From positions 23,820,070 to 23,884,069 of the forward strand of contig NC_092671.1 of assembly GCF_964355755.1 (NCBI RefSeq): 64,000 bases of DNA. Reading direction: 5' to 3'. Of the stretch, positions 12,126 through 25,000 are shown piece by piece (position 1 is the stretch's first letter; each line of letters opens with the position of its first letter). A program made the position numbers and the translations under genes. The DNA is from Antedon mediterranea (lineage: Eukaryota; Animalia; Echinodermata). The notes under the pieces were generated by a model. That model worked only from the letters and a program-made list of their open reading frames with translations, was not told where the DNA came from and did not search any database.

Positions 12126-15060
12126 ATGAATCTAATTATTTTGATCCAGAAACATTCTCAGAGAATTTCTCTAAGCATAACAATGATAAAAATATTTTTG
12201 TCTACTATCCATTTTAATACACGTAGTCTCTTGGGCAAGATGGATTCTTTAAAACGTTTTCTTCTTACTCTTGAATTTGACTTTGATGTTATTGCTATTA
12301 CTGAATCTTGGCTACAGTATGACAATAATCCCCTAACAGATCCCCTAACAGATATGCCGGGTTATAATATTTTTTCTAGAAATAGGAAATCTAAGGCGGG
12401 TGGTGGCGTAGCCCTGTACGTACGAAACAATGTATCAGTTACTGTCCGTAATGATTTAACAACAGATGAATCAATATGTGAATCGATATTTATTGAAATA
12501 GAACAGATACATGGGAAAAATATCATCGTGGGAACAATCTATCGTGCTCCGTCTTTGAATATCAATGCATTCAATGATATCCTAGATAACCTACTTCATA
12601 CTCTTTCAACTGAAAATAAGCTGGTATATCTGTTGGGTGATTTCAATATAGATATTTTGCAATATACTTATGAAACCACAACTAACAATTTTGTAAACAC
12701 TCTTTTTAGCAACTTTTATTTACCGCTAATACTTAGACCTACTAGGATAACATCAAATAGTGCTACTCTTATTGATAACATATTAACCAACCAGCCTGAT
12801 TTACACCTCGCTAGTGGTCAGCTCTATTGCGATATTTCCGATCACCTACCTGTTTTTTCTATATCTACCTTAACATACAAAAATACTCAAGCAGTCAGTA
12901 GACCTCCAAATAAACTTTTTAGGAAAATTAATGAAAATAACATCGAACAATTTAAACGAGAGCTTAGCGTAATAACATGGAACGACGTGAACTTATTGCA
13001 AGAACCTAATCAAGCTTATAATACTTTTGAAACTAAATTAAAACTTTTATATAATAAACATTTTCCAATGACTACGCAAAGTAATAAAAACACAAAATTA
13101 AAACCTTGGATGTCAAATGGTTTGTTGCAATCTACTAAATATAAACACAAGTTATATGCTAAATACCTAAATAATCCTACCAATCATAATAAAATAAAAT
13201 ACACTAAATTCCGTAATACCTTAAATTCACTTATTAAACGTGTTAAAACCGAATACTATCAAAACAGATTTACTCAATGTCAACATGATATTAAAGGTAC
13301 ATGGCGCGTAATTAACTCCTTGATTAAAAGGTCTCCGAATTTGAATACGAAAGTTGTTCTAACAGGCAATAATGGTGAATCCATTGAAGACCCGTCTCAA
13401 ATCGCAAATGAATTCAATAAGTTTTTTGTCGAAATTGGACCAACTCTTTAAAAAAAATTGCCAACCGATCAATCTGATTTTAAAACGTATTTGCCCTTAC
13501 CTACTTTAAACTCTTTATTTATGTATCCAGTGTCTGATACAGAAATTATAGATATTGTCAAGTGTTTTAAAACTAATAAAGCGCAAGGACTTGATGAATT
13601 CAGTCCAAAAAGTTATTAAACAATCAATTTCCCTTTTGGTTAAACCTCTATGTCACATATTTAATCTGTCTTTAACAAAAGGAGTTTTTCCAAATAAATT
13701 GAAATTGGCAAGAGTTACTCCCATCTTTAAAGCAGGAAAAAAGGACACTTTATCTAATTACCGACCGATCTCAGTCCTTTCACTATTTTCTAAAATATTA
13801 GAAAGAATTATCTATAATAGAACCTATGCCTTTATGAAAAAAAATAATATTCTATTCAATAAGCAATTTGGATTTCGCAAACATTTTGATACCGCAATGG
13901 CCTTAATTGATTTGTCCAATGAAATAATAGATGCATTTGAAAATGATGAGTTTGCAATTGGTGTTTTTGTCGATCTATCGAAAGCATTCGATACCATTAA
14001 CCATCCCATTCTTCTTTCAAAACTGTATCAATATGGTATTCGCGGTGTTCCTCTCAATTTATTTAAGAGCTATTTATCCAACCGCTACCAATGTACCAAG
14101 TTTCGTGATTCCCAATCTGACTATTTGCCTATTACCTGTGGAGTACCACAAGGTTCATTACTAGGTCCTCTTCTGTTTCTTTTATATGTGAATGATATTT
14201 ACAATTCGTCAGTATCTTTATCTTACTTTTTATATGCAGATGACACAACACTAATCTGTAAAAATCGACACTTAGAGTCGTTATTTAACACTGTAAATAC
14301 AAGTTTAATTAATGTATCCGAATGGTTTCTGGCAAACAGCCTTTCTGTAAATCTAAAAAAGTGCAGCTATGTTTTGTTTAGAAGTAGTACGATGCCGATT
14401 AAATTAGGTCCATTGCAAATTAAACTAAATGGTTCTGTTCTCCCCATGGTCAATCATGCTAAATTTTTGGGTGTATCCATTGATAGTCGTCTGACATGGA
14501 AACCCCATGTTATTGAGACAGAAAACAAAATCTCAAAAAATATTGGTATAATTTGTAGACTGGCATCTTTTCTTCCACATCATATTCTCCGAACACTCTA
14601 CTGCTCCCTTGTTTTGCCATATCTTTTATATTGCAATATCGTTTGGTGTAACACATTCCCATCTAATTTAAATAAACTTCAAATACTACAAAAGAAAATC
14701 ATTCGAATAATTTCGAATGTTTCACCTAGAACTAGTACAGATCCTTTATTTCGTTCTCTCAAATTATTAAAATTAACAGATATTAATATTTTCCAACAAT
14801 GTTTATTTATTTACAAAAGCCAAAATGCTCTTCTTCCATCTCATTTACGCGATATGTTTTCTCCCAATTATGAATTTCACGGCTATTCCACAAGAATCCT
14901 CAATAACCTTCATATTCCTAAACACAAAAAGACTTCTTTTCAACATAATATTAGATTTACTGGACCCAAGATATGGAACTCACTTCCTAACAAAATTACA
15001 ACTTCTGCAAACAAACATAGCTTCGTCTTTAACACTAAACAATATCTAATACAAAAGTAA
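12126..15060 (+). pseudogene. LINE ORF2 (AP endonuclease + reverse transcriptase), interrupted
   Basis: ORFs 12126-13451 and 13555-15060 join through an in-frame TAA and a +1 slip in an A-run. All core EN and RT motifs are present. Confidence 0.9.
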
Positions 15061-15385
15061 ATTAATTAACTAGTTATATTCTAGGTATCAGTTTTTATTG
15101 TTTTCATATTCCGTTATGGTAATTACTTTATTCCTATATACCATTTACTATTATTTACTAATTTGATTTTAGTTACTTTTTGTTTTGTTCAGGCACTTTC
15201 AACACAAGCTTTTGCTTTCTAGAAATTGTGCCTCCTTCATAATATTGTTTTATTCATTTTAAAGATGAAAAAAAAAAAAAAATTGTATTGTTTTAACTAT
15301 CTTTCTTCTCGTCATGAATTTTGTATTATATTATTTATTTTGTATATTATGAAGGAAATAAATGTTACTATGAAATTAAATGAAA

Positions 15386-16448
15386 TATGATAAGGAGATT
15401 AAAATTTGAGCGTCACACCTTTGTAACTCATCCCGATGATATGCAAATTAGCTTAAATATGCAAATTAGGGTGACATTACAGGGTTACCATATCTCAAAA
15501 ACTATTCAAGGTATGCAAATTATTAAGTTACATGATATATGCAAATTAGGGAGTGAAATTACAGGTTCCTATATATCGAAAACCACTAAGGCTAGAGAGT
15601 TGATATTTGCTCTAATCAAACATTATACGAAAAAATGACCAGAAATACAACAATTAGCCCTCGACCCCATTTATCAATGTTTGCATACATAATGCGACTA
15701 AAATGTCTGTAGAAACTTTGTTTTGGACTCAAATGACTCGGATACATATCTCGAAAACCAAACTAATTACTAAACGGTCCTATACTGGCTATATAAAACC
15801 TGTATCCGAGTCATTTGAGGCCAAAACAAAGTCTGTACATACATTTTAGTTGCATTATATGCAAATATTGAGAAATAGGGTCGAGGGTCAAATGTCATAC
15901 TTCCGGTCATTTTTTGTAAAATGTTTCATTGAAGCAAATATAAATATGTACATTCTGAATACGGCTGTGAAAAAATCAACTCTCTAGCATTAATGGTTTT
16001 CGAGATATGGGAAGACAGTAATTTCACCCCCTTATTTGCATATTTCATGTAATTTGTATACTAATTAGCATAATTTCGAGGTGCATGACAAAGGCGTGAT
16101 TTTGGGAATTACAAAGTGGTCCTATGCTGGCTATTAAGAACCTATGTATGGGTCATTTGAGGGCAATATAAAGTCTCTACAGATGTGTATGCAAACATTG
16201 AGAAATGGGGTCGAAGGTCAAATTCTGTACTTCCGGTCATTTTTTCGTAAAATGTTTCATTAGAGTAAATATAAATATATACATTTTGAATAAATCAGTG
16301 AAAAAATCAACTCTCTCGGACTAGTAGTTTTTGGGATATGGTAACCCTGTAATTTCACCCTAATTTGCATATTTAAGCTAATTTGCATATCATCGGGATG
16401 AGTGACAGAGGTGTGATGCTCAAATTTTGATCTCCTCATCATATGTGA
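15386..16448. mobile_element. Large foldback (palindromic) non-autonomous DNA element; its left terminus (about 9525-9605) is separated by the LINE insertion
   Basis: Arms atgataaggagattaaaatttgagcgtcacacc..gatatgcaaattagcttaaatatgcaaattagggtg and their reverse complement at 16340-16445, plus an inner inverted repeat around 15660-15890. A related copy lies at 37770-38548. Confidence 0.8.
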
Positions 16449-16643
16449 TAATTTAACAAGAAATATTTCCTACATAAAACGCTGCTCGCTTATTGACGTA
16501 ACAGTTTTAAAGATATATTGTCCCTCTGAAAAATATTTTTTATTTCAAATTTGTGTTTGAATGCATCATTTTATTGTCACATTATTTTACCTGAAAAAAA
16601 TATAATTTAAAGCAAAGCATACTTAAATTGTCTGTCAGACAAA
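16444..16643 (+). repeat. Copy 2 of the about 200-bp direct repeat
   Basis: Colinear with 135-343. Confidence 0.9.
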
Positions 16644-16861
16644 AAAGCCTAGAAAAAAAGCCCCAGACAAAGTTAACGATAATTTTGGAATATTGTTGGC
16701 CAATCAGAAGTCAGGGTGGGTTTTTTAAATATATATATATATATATGTTTTAAGTTTAGTTTTGGTATGAAGGTGAACAGACACAGGTCAGCAAGAGGGC
16801 CTGTTCATTAAAGAAATATGCTTTTATATGGAAGGCAATTGCCGCCAAATATACAAAAGTA

Positions 16862-17135
16862 AAACAAACAACGTACTTTCACAAACGAACAACGTACTTT
16901 CACAAACGAACGATCTACTTTCACAAACGAACGATCTACTTTCACAAACGAACGATCTAAATTAAAACAAAGAACGTACTTTCACAAACGAACAACCTAC
17001 TTTCACAAACGAACGAACTAATGTAAAACAAACAATGTACTTTAAAAAACGAACAACCTACTTTTACGCGAACAACGTATTTTTTACAAACGGACAACGT
17101 ACATTGATAAACGAACAACCTGTTTTACCAAACGA
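16862..17135 (+). repeat. Degenerate 21-bp minisatellite (acaaacgaacaacgtactttc)
   Basis: About a dozen tandem units visible. Confidence 0.85.
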
Positions 17136-17181
17136 TGTAGATTGCCGAATGAACTAAGGACTCGTCTATTTTTTAAGTCGG

Positions 17182-18316
17182 GTAGAACGCTAAATCATAC
17201 ATTAAATGAAAGCTAGTGACCCTGTTTATATTCATTGTAATGGAGCCAATGTCATAAAGTCATCCTATTTATACAAATTAATTAAACATTTACTGTATTA
17301 CATATTTAGAGTGATCTTGCACCGGTATCTAAATTCAGTGGTGCATTATTTGTAATTATTATGCTGACAACGGGCGTAACTTCAGAGTTGTGAAAAAACC
17401 TTTGAAAAGATTTTTTATGAGAGTATCCTGCAGTTTTTAAATGTTGAAAATGTGAGAGGACTTGTGACTTGCACTCGATAAATGTCAACAAGTTTCGCCA
17501 ATATACACAGAATTACATCCGGCACAAAATATTTATAAAAGATGCGGGACAAGGTATTTAGTACTGGACAAATTACTAATTAACTTGCTTAAATCAAAAG
17601 AATATTAAAAGTGATATTAAATGGAACAATTTTCCCAATTGATGTTTGATTTAAGTAATTTAATTAGTAACTTGTCTTGTACAAAAGACCCTGCCTGCGT
17701 CTCTTACAAATATGTTTGTGCCAGACATTTATCGACTGTATAGTTTAATGGATATTTAATCCGTCACAAGTCCTCTCACATTTTAAACATTAGCAAACCG
17801 CAGGATAGTCTCATCAAAAATCTTTTCAAAAGTTTTTTCACAAAAACTTTGCAAATACACTCTGTAAGGATAATTAGGAATTTAAATACCAGTACTCGCA
17901 AGTTCACTAAATATATACTGGACAAGTTACTAATTAAAATCAAAAGAAGCTTTAAACATACCAATTGGGAAAGTTGTCACTAAATGACACTTTGTATTTT
18001 GTTCTGAAGTTTTTGAATATGATTATAGCGAAGTTACGACCGTTGTCAGCTGTAATAATGATTACAAATAATGCATCACTGAATTTAGATACCGGTGCAT
18101 GTTTAAATAAGTGTATCTAACTAGAAAACTTCACAAATATTTTCCAAAACATGTATGATTGTATAATAAACAAACACGAGAGTACTATTCTACTACAGTA
18201 TTAATGTTTAATTAATTTGTCTTAATAGGATAACTTATGGTAGGTTCGACACAAAAACCTCCATTACAATAACGATTGCCACTGGCTATCATTGAATGTA
18301 TGATTTAGCGTTCTAC
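17182..18316. mobile_element. Long inverted-repeat (foldback) element; the right arm extends into about 160-bp tandem copies to 18700
   Basis: gtagaacgctaaatcatacatt..tgcaccggtatctaaattcagtg..gctgacaacgggcgtaacttc is mirrored at 18030-18316. The unit atgacttatgataggtttatgacaaaaacctccatta is repeated at about 18390 and 18540. Confidence 0.7.
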
Positions 18317-19908
18317 AAGTAGTTCACGAGATAGCATTTATTGTCAATTTTAAACTAAATTAATGAAAGTAAGTATTTACTAAAATTATGATGACTTATG
18401 ATAGGTTTATGACAAAAACCTCCATTACCATGAATATAAAGGTTTTTATTTAATGTATGACTCGGCGTTCTATGACAAGAGATAGCATTTGTAGCAATTT
18501 TTAACAAAAAATAAATGAAAATCAATATTTTCTAAAGCTATGATGACTTATGATAGGTTTATGACAAAAACCTCCATTATAATGAATATAAACATTAGCA
18601 TTGGTTTTCATTTAATGTATGACTCGGCGTTCTACGACAAGTAGTTTACGAGATAGCATTTTTTGCGATTTTTACCCAAAAATGAATAAAATCAGTATTT
18701 GACATATAAAAGCTCTAATTGTAAAGCAAATTTAAAATTTTTTTTTGATATTCACTCTCATATATTTATGGTCGTTTTTAAATGTTGTTATTATTAAAAT
18801 TATTTATTTATCTATTTACAAAAATATTATATAAATGGAAAAATAAGATTATTTTCCATATATTTTGTAAAATAATGACTTTCAATGATAATCAATGTGT
18901 AGTATGATTCATCAGCTTTAAATCGAGCCTAATTCCAAAAGAATTGATGCATTTCATTAAATACTGTGCCATAAAATAAAGATATTGGTAAAAATTGGTG
19001 AAAAAATAGTCATTGACCTCTGACCCGAAAGTGTATCACCACAATCAATTAAGAATTGGGTTTTCCGATGTATCAAAGTGTCTCACACAAAAATCATATT
19101 AAGACCAATGGTAAAATATTTCAACTTAATTAGTAAACAGGGTTACATTAGTTAAATTCAGTACCAAGCTTTTGTCAGATTTGTTTGAGTATTTTGTCTA
19201 TCATATACTGTTTAATTCTGGATATGAAGTCCGAATAAAGAGAAATGAAATGCCACATTCTATAGCTTCATTGTGTAGTTGACGTCCTGGTGAGTCTTAT
19301 TTAGATGAGCGAATTAAAAATATGACACCTCATAGAAAGATTTTTTTTGGGTGAGTATATGCAATGTTATTTTTAGGAATATTGACATCTACCGTAGATT
19401 CCCGAAAAACACACTCTTTAAACGTTCCGGTCGCGGGATACTAATTATGATAAATATAATTAGTTCTTGCTGAATTGAGAAAAGTTAGAAATATAACCAT
19501 ACAGGTGCCTTTAAACTTTATCCGGATGGGATAAAATTGATAAATATAAATGAATTGAAGAAATTTATGAATATGGACATCCAGATACCTGGAAATGGCA
19601 CTCTCATAGAATGTTTTTTTTGGGAGTGTGCAATGTTATGAAATGATTTTAGGAAAACATTATCATGCCGCCTATGGTTGTTTAAATTTTTAAAAAACTG
19701 TAGTTAAATTGTATTCAAGAAATAAACAGAAATGGATATCCTGCATGGTAAAATAAGAAGTCGACATCAAGTCACTTTTTGGAATGGTTGCTGTTTAAAC
19801 TGAGAATTTTCATTAAAATCATTTTAAAATTATGGTTCACTAATTTTTAGGTGCCAAATAAAAATGTAAAATAAACAACATCAATAAAAATATTTTATAC
19901 ATTTTTTC

Positions 19909-19914
19909 TTTATT
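19909..19914 (-). terminator. Candidate polyadenylation signal of the giant EGF gene
   Basis: Minus-strand AATAAA about 470 nt after the stop codon, followed by a U/GU-rich tract (tttttattgatgttgtttatttt). Confidence 0.4.
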
Positions 19915-20385
19915 TTTTTGTAATCTATGCAAGTAAAACAGTGTACATATTAAGCACATAAACCTTAATGTATAGAACTACTCAATGTTATCAATACTAT
20001 TTTCATTTGACGACAATGATTGAATTCCATAATTCCAAAAATGCTATTCACTAGTTGGAAAAAAGTTACCAAACACCTGAAGATTTAGAAAGACTGCATA
20101 CTATTCATTTTACATATTCATGAATAACAAAACAAAATCTAAATAGAAATTATTGTAAAATATTACAACCCATTGCAAGAATGCAATTATATTAGTTAAA
20201 ATGAGAATTTTTATTTGATTGTTAACAATCAATTTCAGAGATTTATTTCAAATATATTATTTTTGTGACTATTAGAAATTATATGAAGTATAACCTTTTT
20301 TCCCCTAAAAATGTGTGTTACTGATTTTCTAAAAAATAAATTTGATGTACAGCTACAAGCTTAAAAGAATTTATCAAATTAATCA

Positions 20386-22021
20386 CTAATCTTGAAATGA
20401 GTCATTTTCTACATTCGAACTGATTGACTGTTCAATGTCTGATAAAGAATCTTCAAAGGTTGAGTAGTCTTCATAATCTGAGCTTGCCACAGCTTCACCT
20501 CCCTTCTCATACACACAAGAACATGCTTCAATTGTATCCACCTATATTTAACAAAATTTCAAATGATATTTTAGTTTTTTTGTTTTATCTTTAAAACAAA
20601 ATCAAAATTGTATTGGCTCAGGTATCTCTAAAATGTGTTAACATAATATTTCATAACCTATTTAACATATGGACATTTATAAGAAGCAGCATTTATTTGT
20701 TAGAGATGTTAAAGATGTTAGAGTTGCGCAATGTGACTTACGCACAATTTTATGAATTTCAATTATTGTTCATATATTAAAAACCAAACGTTATTTTTAG
20801 TGACATTTTGTGAAAATTTTTATCAATGGCAAACTTTTTGTTGATTAAAAATGGCATGATTCACAAAAATGTAATATTTTAAAATGAACAAAATTAATTT
20901 CTAATCAACTTTCTACACGAATCATGACATTTTGCGCATGTCGAAAATTCTCACGTGCACCGTGCGCATGGAGTATGAAAATCATATTTTCTTCTCTTGA
21001 ATTATATTTTTCCAGCTTTTCCTAGTATTTAAAAAAACAAAACAGACCTTTTCCATTTTAAATCACGCCATATGAACATGTTGAAAATTAAATAGACAAT
21101 TTGTGTGCGTTTGAATTGAAAAGGTTACAAAATACTGTCAAAATCATGCCTATTTTGAATCTTTTATAGCTCCTCAGGACCAACCTTGACCCCATTTTTT
21201 TAATATTATTATTATCTTTCATAAGAGTTACAAACATTTTAATTTTGATGTCATCATCATGTCAAAAAATTTGAATAACATTTTCATCCTTATAGCAAAT
21301 TTCAATGTGTTATTCAGAATGAAAAGTCACCCTTTGAATTAAAATGTATTATCAAAGCTGTTGAATAAATTCATGTAACAATTTTGCCTATCGGATGTTT
21401 TAACGTTATCATATGGCCAGTTGGATTATAAAACTCATATTTTCATCTTTGCGTCACAGTTCATCACATTTAAAAGAGTGCGCATCTATATTCTACATAT
21501 CCATATTTCTTCAACACGTTAATATGTTTTTTATGCTATGCTACACCGTATGTAGTTATATAGTGTATACTGTATATACTCAGACACAAAATAGAGAGCA
21601 CACTATTAACAACATTTTATTTTTCTCAGGTCATAATGACATAATCTTTTTATGGGCATAATTTCTAACATATGATGTGCATGGTATTTGTTGTGCGGAT
21701 AACTCACTTGTCAAAAGTGTGCCCATATATATATTTTTTATAGCGTAGACAGTGGAGTTTCAGAGAAGTTGGTTTTCAATAACTCAACTACAAAAAAAAT
21801 GGAACATACCTCTATGTAATCAGTAGTACCATCTGGACACACAAGATTCTCTATTGATGAAATAACTCTTTCTGGTTGACAGCAATGTTTCATGGTTTCT
21901 CCACAACCACCACGACAGATACCAAGATCCCTCTCAAATACAGCCCGACAACCAAGCTCGTTTGTAATATTTACCCAATTCTCTAACAAACCACATACTA
22001 GAGGCTCTGATCCACTAATAC
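20386..22021 (-). CDS. C-terminal cystine knot plus acidic tail (exons 21810-22021 and 20386-20541)
   Basis: [72 protein letters not shown] shows CxGxC...CC...CxC. It is followed by an acidic tail ending ENDSFQD*. Confidence 0.85.
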
Positions 22022-25000
22022 CTATAAATAAGTGAATTGGTTACATTTGTATTAATATACTACAAATTGCAGAGGAAGGGTTAGTGCGAACCAAAAATTC
22101 TGTCTTTCTGGCTGTTTTTGGTTTTACTTGAGCCTTTTGCTTATTTACCTCAGCCAAAATGTAGTCGATCGCGTTTGTCTGTTTGTTTTGTCTGTCTGTT
22201 TGTTTGTTAGCAGGATTACTCAAAAAGTAATTATAATAAATAAAAAATAAAAATACAGATAGATATGTGGTCAAGGACCACTCCATTAAATTTTGGAGCC
22301 AATCTGGACCACGGTCCCAATTCTTCACCATTTTTAATATAATTTTCAGACCTGCTAGTGTTAAAAGATAGGACAGAATTTTCAAAAGCCGTCCTAAAAT
22401 AACAAGTAAACTGAAATTGCATTTTCTTAAGAACTACTTGGAAGCAAGAGTTATAATTTGTGATTTGTAATTTTAAAACATAAATTAATTTAATTTACCG
22501 GTTTTTTGATATGAGTAGTTTTAAAAAACCTATTTCTTTTTAAATTCACCCGTTTGTTTTTGGCGTTGCTGTTCTATTGTTAGTTGAAAGGCTGGTTACA
22601 TACCCACAGCATATTACATTCATCATCATCTATTACACTATTTGTCTTGGGCATTGTTAAGTCTATTTTATAATGTTACAACACATAATGATTAAAAATT
22701 TGCTTACCATCAATGCATCTTCCTTTGCGAACCACTGCAATGTGACGATCCAAGTGACAAGCCACTCTGCGTAAGTTACATTCTGATCTATATGTTGATC
22801 CATCCGAACTACAAACTGGATCTTCTGGGACATTAGTACAGTCTGGACATTGACATGTGGGCAAGTGGTCGTCACCAACAATGCACTCTGCACCATATGG
22901 ACATGTAAAGTCTGCACACACATCTACAAAAAGATGAATCAATGTTTAAGTACTTGACTTTAAAAAAATAATAATGCTCTACTGTATTTATAAGACACAC
23001 TATCAAGGGCGGATCCAGCATGTTGAAATAGGGGGCCCAGACCAGACATCAAGTACTTGATGTCAGGTCCCCCATAGTGGGGGCTGTGTCGAAGGGAATT
23101 TTGATAAATGACACCTTTGGATTGTCAGAAATGGAACTCTCGCATATAAAATTGATAAATGGTACCTCTAATTAATGTATTCCGCAGAAATCAGCAAATT
23201 AGAGATCGTAAATTTCCCCCGGTAAACACAGGTGACATTGTTTGCCCTAACTTCCAATTGTTTGATTGCTGATCATTCTTCAAACAGAGAGGGAGAGACG
23301 CACTCCACAAATTGGTAATTTAAAGTCGATAGTTATACAAAGCTGTGGGGCTGTGTCACCCACCCATTGAATCCGCCCCTGGATCAGTTCAAGGCAATCT
23401 AACAACAGGACGCTGAGCTCAGTCCGATAAAGGGTTTACCTCTAGTTTCTAGATCCGAACCTGCCTATCATATTATTATACAGCCACATGCAAACTCACC
23501 ATCTGGACATGGGCCATGATTGCACTCCATTACTTCTTCAAGTTCTGGACATTCATCGCCATCTTCATCGGGTAGATGGTGAATGGTTCGACTTCTGGAA
23601 GAACTACCAAGTCCACAACTTACAGTACATGCTGACCAGTCTGACCAATGTGATACAGAGCAATCTAAGTAAAACAGAATCCACAATAAATATTCATTTT
23701 TAGTGAAAATTCAGTAATTCAAAAATATGTGTCTAGCTAATATGGATCACAGACTCAAACTCACAGCCTCTCTCATTATGACTTACCAACTGGACATGCT
23801 CCTAAATTACCAACTGTTATGATATTTTGAGATTCACAAACATGCTTTTGAAGTTCACATAGATTGTCATAAGTTTGGCCATCAGAACCACAAACTTCAC
23901 CAGTTCGAACTGTCAAATAAATTTAATAATATACATTAAATACTTGAAGTGTACAGGAAGTAATTTAGGGTAATTCTTCTTCCATATAAATCAAGTTATT
24001 CTCAGCCTTCAGTCAAGGTAAATGTTGTTTTTTTGTTTCCCAAGAACAGACATCCCAATTTTCTAGATATTTTGTGTCACTCTCCCACTTACAAAATTAT
24101 AAATTTAAAAAAAACCCAATTTATAATTTCTACTACCTCTAGATATATAAGATATATTTATAGTAAATTCATGCATTATGAAAGTCCTTTTAAATTATTA
24201 GAATTTATTCTGTGCCTGTGAATTTATATATGTGAAACTATCTTTGGAGATCCTGCTTCGTAAATGAATATACTATTAAATATTCCACTATCAAACTTCA
24301 TGATAGAGAAAATTGGAAAATTTTGGTCAACTCCACTAAAAAAAGAGTAACCAAAATTTTTTGTTTTGTTTTTTGTAACAATAGAAAAATAATCAGTTGT
24401 TTAATCCATTGACATTTAAAATTTGAGTTGCTTACTTACATAATATATATTATATTATATAGTGTATTGAACTGAGTCAGAGTGAGCTAATGATGAAGAT
24501 TGATTGATTTAAGTATGTCCAATAAAGTAATAAAGTTTACCTTGTGGAGCAATTGGATTGTTACAGTTGGGACATTGGCACTGTGGGGTTGCATCTACAA
24601 TAACACATGTTGCACTGTCATGACAAGAAACCTCTGAACAAGACTCTATAAAAAAAGATATAAAATAAAAGAGAACTATTTAATAATGAACTTTTAAAGA
24701 ACATTTTTAGATGTAGGTATATTTTAATTGTAGTCTGAATACAATTTTGGATAGTCTTTTGGGTGATTTATGGTGTTATTCATTGATGGATTTTTTAAAA
24801 TAAGACTAAATTTAGTAAATCTTGAAGTGTGCAGAAAGCATTTTAGATTAATTCTTCTTCCATACATGTCCTTTAGGTGTATGTCCGGTTTTACTATAAA
24901 TAAACAATTTAATGAATACTAAAAACACATAATTCTACAAATGAATAAATAAACTGATATTCCTTTCTAAACTTATAATTTCAGTTTGTTGTTCACTCAC

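Larger units (their letters stand above)
9606..15385 (+). mobile_element. Near full-length CR1/Crack-group LINE (L1-type RRM ORF1 + APE-RT ORF2), disabled
   Basis: ORF1 pieces 9650-9829 and 11145-11674 (coiled coil, RRNNVRIVGLKE, IERAHRVG, PRHIIIKL). ORF2 endonuclease 12014-13451 (NTRSL, IAITESWL, LLGDFNID, LIDNIL, SDHLP) and RT to 15060 (GVPQGSLLGP, YADD). Lesions: insertion in ORF1, frameshifts near 11375, 12200 and 13610, nonsense codon at 13449. The 3' UTR has a stem-loop and an AATAAATG tail. Confidence 0.92.

Noticed and set aside
15387-16442. Similar short ORFs ([29 protein letters not shown]) at 15387, 16260 and 38270
   Set aside because: They arise from the inverted arms of a non-coding foldback repeat and diverge by frameshift after the shared arm.
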